A stretch of 64,000 nt of DNA from Dudresnaya verticillata (Eukaryota). Below are positions 35,599 to 48,776 of the stretch, one piece after another (within the stretch, counting starts at the first letter, position 1; every line of letters begins with the position of its first letter). The notes under the pieces were generated by a model that did no database searches, was not told the DNA's origin, and worked only from the letters and a program-made list of their open reading frames with translations. The position numbers were made by a program, and so were the translations under genes. The stretch spans positions 124,001 through 188,000 of the forward strand of contig OZ374560.1 of assembly GCA_977862235.1 (NCBI GenBank), read 5' to 3'.

Positions 35599-36272
35599 TG
35601 TGGTGAAGTGAGATTCGGCATCCAAGACGGTGGAAATGCATATAGTGTGGTCTCTACCGTTGTGAGACGTGTGAACGTGTATCCGTGTCGGTTTTGTGCG
35701 CATTGCTCTGCGCTGGTACGCATTGCTGTACAGCAGTGTAGCACACCAACCATACCGGAGTATTTGTAGTATTTATTCTTTATTTTTAGAGAGTTTCTGT
35801 ACAGTGTGTAGAGTAGCGCGCCAGCCAATGAGAATGTTGCGCATGTCCGTGTCGGAGATTGGGACCAGCAGGGCCGATTCCACCATGGGTCCAGACCACT
35901 AGGGTCTGGCCCACACGGACCGGACCGCTCGGTGCCACCCTGACTTGTATATCAGGGCGGCACCGCAGCGGCTCCTAAAGTAAACAGCCAAGCAACCCTT
36001 GAGTCTCAATCCCAATGTAGCTCTTTCCTTTGCGGTTTTCCCCGCGCCGAGCCCGTTGCGGTCTACCACCACCACCGTTACGGAGTCCGTCCCGGCACTT
36101 GTACCCCCCTTGTCTGTTGCTTCCAAATATCCGTTTCGGTTAGCCGTTCGCTGTTCTCCCGTCTCGGTGCGAACTGCTCTACCACCCCGTGGAGGTATTG
36201 TCGCTCTCGTCCCGTGTAGGAAAGTTAGGCCAGCTGTCCGTTACGGAGTTCGTGGGTTTTCACTACACCACA
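35599..36272 (+). repeat. 3' LTR of element B
   Basis: Preceded by a polypurine tract, followed by TSD TCTAC. Confidence 0.95.
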
Positions 36273-36739
36273 TCTACGGAAAATAATCGAGAAATACGAA
36301 TTTCGAAGCGACTGCATGAATGCGCACGCCACGATGGCAAACGTATCACAGTACGCATTCTAACAAAGTGACAAATCTGTAGCAAGCACAAAAAACAAAC
36401 AAACAAACAAAAAAGGGTGGATGGACTGGTGGACTGCGGATATGGACAGCTGGCAATGGACTGTCAGTGGACAGTGGAAAGCGGGCGTCCGCATTCCGGC
36501 ACGCTCTCACTGTGTTTCCCGCAGCACCTGTTCTTCACTGCGACACTGACGAAGCTTACATTTCGGGAGGTTCTGACGTTCGTACAGCAAGCTGGAATGT
36601 AGCGCTCCTGCTCGTTTTCAAACTATCCCCAGAGTGTAAATTCACGGGTTTGAACTGTGCATGGTAGATTCCCTTAGTACCCAGGTTTCTCATTCACTGT
36701 CCTGAACCCACCGGTCCCTCTTTTCTTTTGATGATAACT

Positions 36740-37008
36740 GCCTTCGGGGCCATGAGGAGTTTGTGAACGTCCTTCTTGACGCTGGCACAGAAAGCAATGC
36801 TCTGACGGACGACAATAGAACCCTGTTCTGTCAGGCGGCAATGACGAATCATAAGAGCTTCGTCAAGGCCCTCTTGAACAAAGGAGCCGATACTGGTGCC
36901 AAGAGCCCGGACGATAAGACTGCGGAGTGCCGGCCGGCTGATGTGACGAATAACGAGGATATTAAGTCTCGTCTCGCGGACGCGGCAGCGAAGCGTCGTA
37001 AGGGGTGA
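36740..37008 (+). pseudogene. Ankyrin-repeat fragment (relic or terminal exon)
   Basis: VNVLLDAG...TLFCQAAMTNHKSFVKALLNKGAD...KTA fits the ankyrin consensus. Confidence 0.6.
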
Positions 37009-38348
37009 AGATACTAAGTGCTGAAGGATAGTGGTACCCGAACACAGCCCGCAGCTCTAGGCAGGAACCATAATCCATTGTACGAAAACCTGAACAAAAA
37101 CCTACGTTCGAGTCTTGGCCGTGACCCAAATGCCGCAAGCTATGTCAAGATGTTGCAACAGACTAACCTTGTAACCTCATTCATTGCGATTTTATCCGCT
37201 GTCTAGTTAACATGGCATTTTTGTGGTACGTTGTACAGTTCGGTTAGTCGTCCCAAGAATCTGGAACGTTTTAATCTATAGCACTTCTGGAGGTTGTGCT
37301 GGTAATCCGTTTCGCATCTGCATTCATTCCCAGACCGAAGCGTACACATTCATTCCACTGGTTTTCAGAAGTTGTGAAAAGCAAGCTCTGAGGCCTCTGA
37401 GGTTCGCAGTTTGCAGCTCCAGTGATATTTTGAGACGCTGGCCTATGCACAGCGACACCTTTTCGCGCTAGAAGCGACGTTCGGGCATGTTGAGCCAGCT
37501 CTGATGTGCTGAACGCAACATTCACCAAGGGTAACAGCCCTGTGAGGTTCGAGGACATGGTAGATCTACCTTGAGATGCGACCCTGAATGTGACCGAAGC
37601 TGAGCCTCGACTTGAGATTCGATCTGGGCAGTTGCCAGAAACGATGTGGAACCGGCAACATGAACGGTTTATGTCATTGAATCATCTTCGTGGACGGCCG
37701 TCCGCAGGCCTGCGTCTGCTCTAGTGTCCCTATGCACGACACTAATGCAACGCCAACTCCTTTCCTGCGTCGTCAGCCCCGCTTGCAGCGCACCGCGTTC
37801 AGTTTCAGTGACGTCTCGTGCGCAGTTCCAAGCAGTACTGCATAGACTGCACAGATGTTCGTTGCTTCCAACCAGCGAGCAATGAAAAGACACAGTGAAA
37901 CATTTTCTTTCAACACATACACCGAGTTACTCAGAAACAAAAGGAAGGCACTTCCAAGCTCTCCGAGATACTCCCCCGGTTGCGATGACATTAGGCATTC
38001 GCGGCACCTGAATTCCCCGAGTTATTTTTGCGGCAGATAACCCACTAATCAACCCTCGCATCTGCTCTATTGTTCGTACAGCGGTAACCGCCATCCTGCA
38101 TTTTTGGCGCACCTTCGAATGAATACCTCTTAGATCATTATGTAATAGCGTACTGCTAAGGTTTTCGGGAACTGGGAGCCATCTGTGCTGCAAAGCAGCG
38201 TTGGCGGTTAGTCGCAGTTCGGGTCGAATCTGAAGCAGGGCTCTAACGTTCTAGACGCAAGAGGGCTTGCAGAGGTTGGGTGAGGGATCGGGTCTTCGCT
38301 GCTTCTTAAGAAGCTATCAGGGTTAGATGGGGTATCCTAAGGATATCC

Positions 38349-38651
38349 TTGACCTCCTACTGGTTGAAGGCCAGAAATATGCTACAGTTCGTCTCTGAGA
38401 CTGCACAAGTTGACAAGACGGTAACTCGAGTGCTTTGCGACGTGTCGGACCTAACCGTCGCAAAGAAACCTTTATTCGGAAAGTTTCTACCGTTGCCAAT
38501 TGAACTGTCTCTGGATAAGAACTTGGTGAACGCTGTGCTGCTGGAGATGACGGCTGGGAGATTTAGGACGTTTAAGGATGGAATTGATTTCATGGCAAAG
38601 AGATTCTTATTCCAGAGGTTGAACACTAATCCGAGGTATTGCGGACAATGA
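38349..38651 (+). pseudogene. Ski2-like (Brr2/Slh1/Mer3 family) helicase winged-helix fragment
   Basis: PLPIELSLDKNLVNAVLLEMTAG...DGIDFMAKRFLFQRLNTNPRY resembles P.ES.L...L.D...AEI......DA.D.L...FL..RL..NP.YY. Confidence 0.55.
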
Positions 38652-38839
38652 ACATAGTCTCAAAAATATTGTAATGGAAGAACTGGAGTTCGGAATGGTA
38701 GCGATGCTGTTACTAGCATCTGACAACAATATACGTCACTTTGTCTACAAGTCTGTTCTCGACATTCCCTTAATTCGCACCGGTTCAAGTTGGAACTGGT
38801 GAACACGTCATTGTTATCACAGCTTATTAGAACATAGCA

Positions 38840-41800
38840 TTGAAAGGTTGCGTTTACATTACAATGCAACTGCTACCTACCTCGCTGGGGCCGTCTGTAC
38901 TACCGCACTCCATCAGCATATGCTCCTCAACACTTCTCCTTCCTCCGACTACTACGATACATCAATTTGCAGGCATGCAAGGTAGGGGAAAACTTACAAC
39001 ACCGATCAAGTCTGGTACTAGATATGTTGTTACAGCTGTTGTCGATGACATACTTAATGCCGTTTTCTCTCAGATTCAAGCTTCTACAAAAGGGTTTGCT
39101 GGAAACGTTTATGCAGACTTCTCATGGAGGGATCTAGCATTGGAACTGGGGGAAGCTGACAGCTCTTTGTTTCCGATTAAGTCCGCTAACAATGTCGACT
39201 TTTATCGATCCCCGTCTAGACGGACAATCGTCTTAGCTACAGAGGAAGTTTCTAATCGCTGGTTTTACCAGACCGGGCGGGATATTCCATTCTTTCGGAG
39301 TCGGGGTTGCAGAATGGATGATCCAGCTTTTAATGGACGAAAAATTCTACCGCCAACATTTGCTCCGGTCTTTCGTAGTTCCACGCGTTCAGTACGACGA
39401 GAGGGACGACAACGCAGATGTGCGTTCATATCGAAGGTCCGGAGACTTTGCGATGGAACCTTTGTACAATATACCGACTTTGTGACGAAGGTCCGGTGCA
39501 GCTGGAGTGCCTGTATATTGTACTCCTGCCCTGCACTTTTACACATTGTGGCATGCACTTCTGATTTACAACGTTCTAGCCTGTCCGAAGAGTCTGCGTC
39601 TAAAACTTTGCAAGTTCAGTGCGTATGGGAAGCTGGATGTGAGCATCAGCTAGGGGGTTTGTCAGAAAGTCCATGGTTCAAAAGTTATCAACTAATACAT
39701 TGCCCCCAAGGGGTTTCTGTCATGCCACCTTACAACACACCATATATGGCCGTGGCTGCTGGTAATCGCTCGTTTGATCCCGTAATTACCTCCACAGCAC
39801 GTCAGCTTCAGCACAGAAGCATAATGGAGACGTTTTTACACTCTCGTAACGTTTTAACGAATCTAAATCTCATTGCTAAGCAGCTGTCGTCTACGGATCT
39901 CAAGGAGGACCCGGAAAGGCAGAAGCGTTTCAAAGGTACTATACATGATATAAGAACAAGTGCGAGCGGCGACCTAATAAGTGCCTCAATTTACTCCGAT
40001 CGATCCGTCAAGCTTATGGCAAACGCGTTATTGGCAAACGGCCTGTATACAACTATATTAGATTGCTCTGGAAATCTAGCAGCCCTGGGTTGTTCTTCAC
40101 CCTCCTTGGATATGGTCAGCAGGTCTCTTCTGAATAAGGTTAAGAAAAAGGAACAAACACCGTATGGTTCACTGTAATTTGACTACTAAATTTCCATTTA
40201 TTAATACTACTGGCTACTGGACCTTTTGTGGTTCTGGAAGCAGTAACCGTTTACCGTACGGCGTTCGTTTTCGAGGATATTCTAAGACAGTTGTACCGGA
40301 GATTGATGAAAGTTAGCGGAAATGCGTACCCACAATACGTTGTTACTGATATGTCGGGTCCTTTGACTATAGCAGTCATCTCAGTCTTCAATCGCATTTC
40401 CGTACCGGAGTACATGGCTACACTTATCTGTACCTCGAAGCTCTTGGACAAAAATGGACAAAAGCCATCTAGTACAGTTTCCCATGTCGTCAGAACAACT
40501 CTGACGTGGTGCAACGTGCACGGAGACAGAGCTATATCACGCAAGGCAAAAGAAAATTTCAAACACCTGCCAGAAACATCTCTTAGAGAAATGATTTTCT
40601 TCATGAGGAACATAAGACTTTGCCTCAAGTCTGCCAATGCATATGAAGACCTTTGTTTGCTCGTAGGCTTCTTGCAGAGATTTTTGGCGCTGAAATACTT
40701 GCAATCAGTACCCGGGGGCCACCGTAGTACTCTATTTGTTGTGGCATCGGACGAAGAACTCATAGAAGAGGGCGAAGCTTCTATTTGGTGCCATCTAGGT
40801 GGCGTACCTCCCACAGGAGCCGATATAGATACCGTACGGGTCCGGGCATGCTTCAAAAGCGCTTTAATCCGTCCTTTTATGAGGAAAGGTTTAAAAATGA
40901 CTTATCCGATGCTTCGGAGTTCAATGAGAAGACTATACCTGATTTCAAAGCTCACGCCAAGCAAATTTCAAAGGATATTGCCGATTGTGAGGCCATTGAG
41001 CATGGCACACATGGCACGGTTGCTATGAAATTTGGGTCGATCAACTGTTTTGTGGTATGTCGAGAGCCAGACATTGGGCGTTATAGAGTCTACATTCCGG
41101 CTCTATCTTGCTTCCCAGGTTCAATTGGAAGCTTCAACACCTACAAATGTAGGGAACAGTCCGTACCTAACATTATCTTCTGTAGTGGAACGACGCTGGA
41201 CTATTTGCGAGAACAATGATTTCCCAACGTGGCCATGTTCTCTCAGGCAGTTGCCAGAGAGACCCCGCTTTCCCATAATAAATCTGTGGAGGTAAGCTTA
41301 AATATTCGTAAGTATCACTCTGATTGCGGAGTGCTGTCCCGAATAAGAACGGGTGGCATGATGAAAGACGAGTTTGTGAAACGTGCGGCAATTGAGCACA
41401 ACAGTGAGTGCAAGCGGGTCATATCTGAACTTGTGAGGATGGGGAGAGAGAATCGTGCAAAGAGAGGAGCTTCAGATGAGTACGTTTTACATCAGACGAG
41501 TAGCTCTTCAAAGACGATATCATTAGCTGGTATCGCAAGAAGTTTTGACTTCAGGGCAGCAAACGAAACTATTCTACAATCAGTGTTCAGCGTTAAATCT
41601 GACGTTCCAACAATCCCTGCTGGGGCTGCTCATGTGGGCGTGAAAAATAATACAAAGCCGCTCAGGCAGATGTCGCAACAAGACATAATGGATACAGAAG
41701 AGAGCTCGTTTAAAGATAGAAATGGAGTATCCAGAAGTATGGCTATTATAAAGTTTTGCAAGCTGTTTTCCGAGTCCCGTGAGAAGTATTGGCCTTCCTG

Positions 41801-41966
41801 GACACTAAGAAGGATTGCTTTCTTTATCACTCAGTATTGTGTGAAGATTGACGTCTCGACCGTATCGAGGATACTATCTAAGGCGGACAGGCTACCTGGC
41901 AAAAGGAAACGAGAGCTAATAACTAAGTTCTTGCTAAATGACTTGAAACGATTACTAGAGACATAG
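38840..41966 (+). pseudogene. Decayed MULE-superfamily (NOF/Rehavkus-like) DDE transposase
   Basis: Co-oriented ORF pieces with ILDCSG, VVTDMSGPLTIAVISVFN...EY, WCNVH, NKSVEVSLNIRK and an HTH-like tail (IDVSTVSRIL); no TIRs found. Confidence 0.55.
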
Positions 41967-42156
41967 GATAAGTATCTACAATTCGCATCTGGAAAAATCT
42001 GTTATATTTAATGAATGCATCAGCCTTCCTCCAAACACGGGGAACCAACGGTATCTGGGTGCTGCTCAGGAAGGGAAGAGCTCAAGCGTCCGTCTTTGTA
42101 TGTCTCAAAATGCCACAGGCGCTAGAGGGCGTCCCAGACGTGCAGACATGTCTGGG

Positions 42157-42520
42157 ATAGTCATCATGGTTCTGGTGCGACAAGCGGAATTGGGCTTCAT
42201 GCTGCAAGGTTGTTTACAAAGCGGGGGAAAAGGTCCTGATGGCCTGCCGGAACGCAGAGAAGGTGGATGCGGTGGCAGGCATTTTATTTAGAGAAGAGAT
42301 TGCGGACGCTGACCTTGTCTTCATGCAAATCGATACAAGCGATCTGGACAGCGTACGGAGATTTGCAGCCCAGTTTCAACACATGGGAATTAACGGCATT
42401 GACGTGCTGTTACTTAATGCTGGCGTGGCGTACGGTCCGTACAAGACCTCCCCGCAAGGCTTTGAGTGTCATTTCGCAACTAATCATCTCGGACACTGGT
42501 TGCTAGCAACTGGCACATCT
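42157..42520 (+). pseudogene. Short-chain dehydrogenase/reductase (retinol dehydrogenase-like) N-terminal fragment
   Basis: SGATSGIG...LMACRN...DLDSVRRFA...IDVLLLNAGV...FATNHLGHWLL; frameshift at the 5' end and no recognisable C-terminal half. Confidence 0.75.
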
Positions 42521-45500
42521 GCAGACACGCAAGACCGGTCAGCTGTGCCTCGGCTTCCTCACCACGGCTCAAATCATCTCGCACCTCTCTGTCCTCTCCT
42601 CCCCAGACACTCGCATTTAGCCATAACTGCGCCCTTTCGCAATCAGCGTGATGCTTATTGTGCAGTTCTTTCGTAGCATATGAGACGATTTGCATTTGAA
42701 TTAAGAGGGGAATATTTTCGTACGTAGACTTCCCGCCTTACTTTAGCTACTAATAGAACATAACTTTCTTTAAATGCGAACCAACAAACGACTGTACAAT
42801 GCAGCATACATGTCGGAAATGCCACACTGTTTGTTGGCTTGCTAAGGGCCTAACGGGCCTCTCACTGCTGCATAAAACGAAAGCCCATCTTGTACACAAC
42901 AATAGTACCTATTTTTCAAACCCTGATTGTAGATGATGGAGTCCCTTAACACACGAAGGGTGAATGCACCCCCAGCAATAACACTTAGAAGAGGTATTGG
43001 GTCAATAGAAAGAGATCGAAAAAGGCTTGTAGAAGGGAAATTCTGGTTGAACTAGGAACGCCAGTCAAATCAGCGATGGACTAAGTTTAAAATCCCAATC
43101 GCAAAGCTCAAGTTCCTCTACAATCTCCGCCAGGATGTATTCGAATCAATCACGAAGGCATCTTGACATGGCGTTGTGGCTAATACTTCGGACACTAGCT
43201 CCAGTACTTCGGAGCGACGCATAAGACTGAAAAGCACAAACGTTATGAGGCAAGATATTTCGCAGCAATACTCATTTCTAAGTATCGAATCCCAAGTACT
43301 GATTTTCAGTGTGCCAAAGGGCTTTCCACTGCCCGAAACAAGCGTGTTGCTCGCTCCTACTCCAATTCTGAGCATCGGAACTGGCCACCGCGTCCGGGTA
43401 TTTTTGAGAACTGCCCGGATGCAGTTCAAGACGGCGTTTATGACGATGAATTAATGGAAGCATTAATTGAGAACAGCTTCCCTAGGCATGGTGAGGACGT
43501 ATCAAGAACACCTGATGAAAACTTTGACCGAATGGATTCAAGAGGGGCTGATATTAATTACGATTCGAATGAGAAGAGGGAAACACAAAACGGTTTTGAC
43601 ATCAAATCAGTCTCTTTTATGAGGCATCTTTGTCTCAACTACAGTGAGTGGGACACAGCTGAGGATATTGACGTTTTGTATGAAATCGGAAGATCGAAAG
43701 CATACGAGAAATATTCCGCCATTGAAGCGCTTAAGTACGGAAAACACCTGGCGTCACTTGGTCGGGTTTCCAAGACACGTTTGATCGGCATGAGTTGATG
43801 TCAATGCGTCTACAGAAGAATAAAAGTGACTCCATTTTACAGGTTGTACGCTTGTCAGAAAGGATGTCACTACGGGAGTTGAACAACAGGTGCAACGAGT
43901 ATTTTACAGAAGCTATTAACTGATTAAAGAACCCAAAGGGTGTTCCTTGCGAAACTTCTAGCTCTATTAGTCCATATCACTGTGTTTGTGTTTTATGTCC
44001 GTACGCTACGATCTGAAAACCGGCGCCTTGGCTGCAACAGATTTGCACTTCTACGCTTCTCATCAAACAGTGGTCTTGTGTGATGAGCTACTGGGAGATA
44101 TATCTTTCCAGCCAGCTGTCACAGACGAAGACTGGATGGAAGTTTACAGAACTGTCACCCATGTGGTGTCTTACGGTACCGAGTTTGAAAAATGCGTGTG
44201 TGGTAACTTACCACTGGTAAGACGAGATGGAGGAGCTGGGCGGTCTTTCTGGAATTCAAAGTAGCCAGTGTGGTTGGTGGCGATCTCATCAGTAAAATCG
44301 AAGCCGCCGCCTGACTTCCAGTTGGAGGCGATGGGGACCGTTTGATAGGGCAAATTGCATTGAATGCGGTCGAAAGCGAGCTGTTGAGTTGCAGATGAGA
44401 TATGCAGGCTGAATTCTTTTGTTTTGTTTTGCTTGTAGTCGTTGCGTGCTTTTTATGCTCAATACGCGTTCTACATGCATTGCGAACCTCACATTGTGTG
44501 ACGCTGGTGCGTGAAGCTCACACGCACTACATAAAGTTCGGATGTACGCGCACGATATGTGCACTGTCAAAATGTTTCTGTTAGCGATGAGTACTGGCGA
44601 TACTAACTGGTGCAATAGACGTGCATGAGCGCTGCAGTTACGACTGTTCTGCATACCCACCACCATTCTGCACTCTTACTTCAGTGTACGTATAGAATTA
44701 TTACGAACCACGGAGGTATGTCTGTGCACGGCTCCTAACGAGATGTGGATCATAATGAATTCGTTAGCCGTGGACATATGTGCATAGAAATTCTGTAGGC
44801 ACAAACAATGTTTTACATTCGAAGGGGCGTGTGGCATTTGCCACGTGCCCCAAGGGTTCAAGGTAATCGCATCCATTTAATTGCAACACATAAAAACTGT
44901 GTACAGGACTTCCTCTACATTCAGAGCGCCACGCTGCACATCGAAGGGAAGGAAAGACTATGGCGTGTGGCTTTTTCTGTGCACGTGACTATCAGCGCAA
45001 TCTACCCTAGCAATTTACGAGAGCATCCTCATTTTATTACAAGCGCCGAAATTTTTAAGACATCCGAAAGGTCGTTAGTCGGCGCATAGATGGCAAGTGG
45101 CATTATGGGAGACGAAAATGGCGGGTCGGAGCTGTGGGAAGAGGCTTTGTAGCGCCGGATGAAACTGTAATACATCCCTGCTTTGTGCTTCGTAGTTCAT
45201 TGCTGTGCCTATCCCTGCCCTTTGTCTGCTGTTAAGGGGTTCCATGGCTTAGGCGCCAGCTCGAGGAGCTCATTCTACTATGCAAGATCAATCCTTTTCG
45301 GAAGAAGATGTCTTTGCTGCTACCAAGGCTATGAGAACATTAGAGAGAGAGGGCTACCCCCGTGAGAAGTGTTTAAGTGTCCTAGGAAAAGTATTCGAGG
45401 AGCAAAACGGAAAGCTACCAAGCTGCCAAGGAGAGTTGGTATCAGATATTCGCAGTAAGTTAGGAGACATAGTAGAAGCTTCAAACGGCTCAAACTAAAC

Positions 45501-46349
45501 TTCAGACGACACGAAAAAACCACACCGCTAGGACATCCTACTGCCCTTACTTCCCCGTCGCGTCCGGGTGCACGCGTGGCACGTTCTGGGGGCCATCGGG
45601 CTCCGCGCGCCGCTACGGTTTTCCGTTCACCATGGAGTGGGTCGTTATGCCATTCTCGCGAGTGCCGCCCAGACCGGTGTACGACCGCGCCCTGTGATTT
45701 CTGAACCGGTAGTTGGGGAGCGCGGGCTAAGCTACCGAACGACGACGCATGCCGCCGCACGGCGATGCTGGCTAGTGAAGGGAGGGGATGTTGCGAAGCA
45801 CAGAGGCCAACACTGGGAAGATTGAGTCCCTGCTTGGAAACGAATATATGAGCATGGGCGTCTAAGGGAGTCAACCGCCTGTATCGAGTGAAGATCAACA
45901 CAAGTTTGGCACAGACGAAACTAGCTCAGGTCTACACGCAGAGCGAAAATCTATTCTGCTGCAGTCGGAAGTGGAGCAGGCTTTTCGCTTATACTTTCAC
46001 GGTCCGACCCATACCGTCGTTAGAGCAGTTGCTCGATCGCTCAACTGTTCTTACTTGCACCTTGCGTTGGGGAGAGACCCGCGGCGTGGGGAGAAGGATG
46101 CCCTGCATCACGCAATGGACAACACCCCTGCGCGGGTTCATGGCGGCGACAACGGTGAGGGCAGTCGTCATGGCGATGATGGTTCCTGAGCAAAAACTGA
46201 CTATATGTCAGCTCGTCAGCTACGTCGCACTGACCGTTTCCTTACATCCAGCGAATTGGTTCCACTACTGTCGGTCGTACGAATCAATCTATGGAATTAC
46301 AGTAGCGTGTCAAAATGGAAAAAGCCATTTTGTTGCTGCAAGGAATGTC

Positions 46350-47079
46350 ACTTTGTTGCGCATTCTGTGCGCGCCACGATGGCAATTCGCATTACACTGC
46401 GCATGCGATACGAAATCGCTGACGCCTCCAGACGAATTCGGAGCTGACCCCGTGATCGCGCGCGCCACGACGGCAATCCGCATTACAGTGCGCACCCAAT
46501 ACGAAATCGCTGATAACTTCGTGGTTTTCCTGTTGTTTCCTGCGCGTAACGGCTCCGAGGCCCACGACGCGCGTGGACCTCCGTATGCATCGCTGGCGCA
46601 CTTCGTAACCGCCACCATACGTGAGATGACCGTTCTTTGACACCGAGGCTGTTACGAATCATTCGAGTACGAAACATCTCCCGCGTTGACGAGTATTCGT
46701 GTTCACGTAGTGGTACTTAGCCATTCGTCTGGCACAACCTCCGAGGGTTTCCGTTAAGCGACTAGCGCCCAGACCTCGGAGTCCTCGGTAAATGCCTGTT
46801 TCTTCGAGTTCGTTGTCCTCGTCTTCGTGACTGCGGACACGGTTGAGCCCCGCTTTCGATAGCCCCGCGCACCTGGAGTCATCGCCGGTGATCGATCGCT
46901 CGAGGCCTCCCTTCCGCGCCCGAATACATTGACACCGTAGTCCTTCGTTTTGTTCGCTCCGTTCTACCACGCTACCACCCCTTTTCCTTTCTCCGTTAGG
47001 CTACGAGGCCACTCATTAGGCTCCGAGGCCTTTGTTTACAGTGCTAGACTCCCTCGCATCACCATGGACTTCGTTATAC
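46350..47079 (+). repeat. Probable 5' LTR of a third gypsy element (H); left boundary unresolved
   Basis: Removing the two solo LTRs gives ...TATACCACA-C-PBS; contains a ~55-bp duplicated block (near 46368 and 46460). Confidence 0.45.
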
Positions 47080-47993
47080 TGTGGTCCAAACGCGTCTGTT
47101 GACGTACTGCACCTCCGGACCGTTCGAAGTCCGGTGGGTAGCCCCTAGAAGCGGGTAGGTGTTGTAGAGCAAAGGGGTCTCGCCGAGGGCGGACTGTAAA
47201 CGCCCTGGGCGGTAAAAGAAAAACAAGGGAAAAAGGGAAAAGGAGGGCAGCAAGAAACACGTCTTGGACACAGTGCGGACTCGGAAGCGCGGTAGGTCAG
47301 ACGCTTGGGCCTCAAGGCTAGCGGGTAGGTACAGTACGCGAGAAAGGTAGTCTGGACCAAGGCCCGCTTGCCGCGAGTTTACCTCAACGTCTGGGACGGA
47401 TAAACTAAGTATAGAACTACCTATCGGCGGCGGTGTGTGCGTGCGCGTCGCGCGGGAACTCGGGACGCATGTTGTCCCGAGGCGCGTCTGACAAGTTCCA
47501 TCCGTCATGCAGCCGCGCGTCTGACAGATCACGCGTAGATCGCCGCGTGAGTGCTTATACGTACACGTGGATGTGCCCCCTTACAGCCACACGCGTCCTG
47601 TAGACCGTGCGATCTTCATTCGTACTAATCCCGATCCAATCCGGATTCGGGTCAGCCATGCGGATGCGCGAGGCTTACAGGCGCGTGCCTTACACTTCTT
47701 GATCCCGATGTCTGATCTCGATGCGGGATCCCGATTGAATCGGGATTCGGGCCACGCTTACAGCGGACGTTCCTGCCACTGTGCGCGCACGCGTGGCGTC
47801 GTACAGTGCTGCGGCGTCTGGCGCGTGATCTGTACGCCAAATGAGCCGTTCTGGTCCGGGTGGCCAGCGTTATGCGTCGGTGACGTGTTTGCGCCGCGGG
47901 CGGGTTGAGCGTGCCGTTGACGGTTGGCCGTCGGTGGACGCATGCTTAGCAACCCGCTCAGAGCGAAAAGAGGGACCCACTCCTGGCACTACA
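47080..47993 (-). mobile_element. Solo LTR related to A
   Basis: TGTGG...CTACA termini; TSD TATAC/TATAT; colinear with LTR A (gggcggactgta, tctggaccaa, GATC block, gcgaaaag). Confidence 0.85.
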
Positions 47994-48003
47994 TATATCA
48001 CAC

Positions 48004-48773
48004 TGTAGCAGTATGGCACCAGCCGGGAACAGCAAAGAACGGAAAAAGACAGCAGTCCGGTATCACAAGCTAATGGGTGGTAGCTCGGAGGAGGTTTGGT
48101 AGAGGCTTAGAAGGGGGCGAGCCCTGATGGCCCGAAAAGGGGCTTGTGGAAGCGCGGTAAAGACTCAGCGCGACCGACTGAGCGAAAATGTAGAGGTTGC
48201 GACCCGGTGTTCCGTAGAGTACTTGTCGTACGATTTCCGGGCCTGTACTAGGCGACCCCTGCAGGCGCGGAGCGTCCGAACGACCAAAAGGTGAACACTT
48301 TCCGAACAAATCCGCTGATCTTTTATTCTGAGGGCGCCGGCTATTCTGGCGCCCATACGTAGGGCTTGACAGCCGTAACGTCTATCAGCCCGAAAGGGGG
48401 TCTAAGTTAGTCTATGATTATAGTTACGTAGGTAAGTACATTCAGTACAAGTTAAAGGTGGGAATGCGTTCCAGTTAGGGGACGTGGTGGCGGATGCGCC
48501 GGTGCTCAAGCCGGGGTCTTGGCTGCATTGTCGATACCCTAAGCGCGGGGGCGCTCCTCGTCCATGAGTAGCAGCGCAGCGGGCTTCATAAATCAGCCAA
48601 TACGAGGCGTGCAGTTGGCGCCACTGTAATGCCACGTGTAGGCCACGTGTACACACGTGTCATCCACATGCATCGCGATGAAAGGACAGCTGTCTCGATT
48701 AAGGGACAGCTTGTCCCGCAAAAAGGAGTGCGCTCCTGTAAGCGCTCCTGCTGACAGCGTCCATTCTGCCACA
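48004..48773. mobile_element. Solo LTR of a different family
   Basis: Terminal inverted repeat TGTAGCAGTATGG / CCATTCTGCCACA; flanks CACAC and CAC (TSD overlapping a CA run). Confidence 0.65.
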
Positions 48774-48776
48774 CAC

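Larger units (their letters stand above)
11686..36272 (+). mobile_element. Ty3/gypsy chromodomain LTR retrotransposon B (decayed, hosts nested insertions)
   Basis: LTRs 11686-12361 and 35599-36272 (TG...CA); TSD TCTAC at 11681-11685 and 36273-36277; PBS 25779-25796; PPT AAGGAGGGGG just before 35599; order gag-PR-RT-RH-IN-chromo. Confidence 0.95.

Noticed and set aside
43100..46300. Scattered short ORFs
   Set aside because: No recognisable domains or repeat structure.
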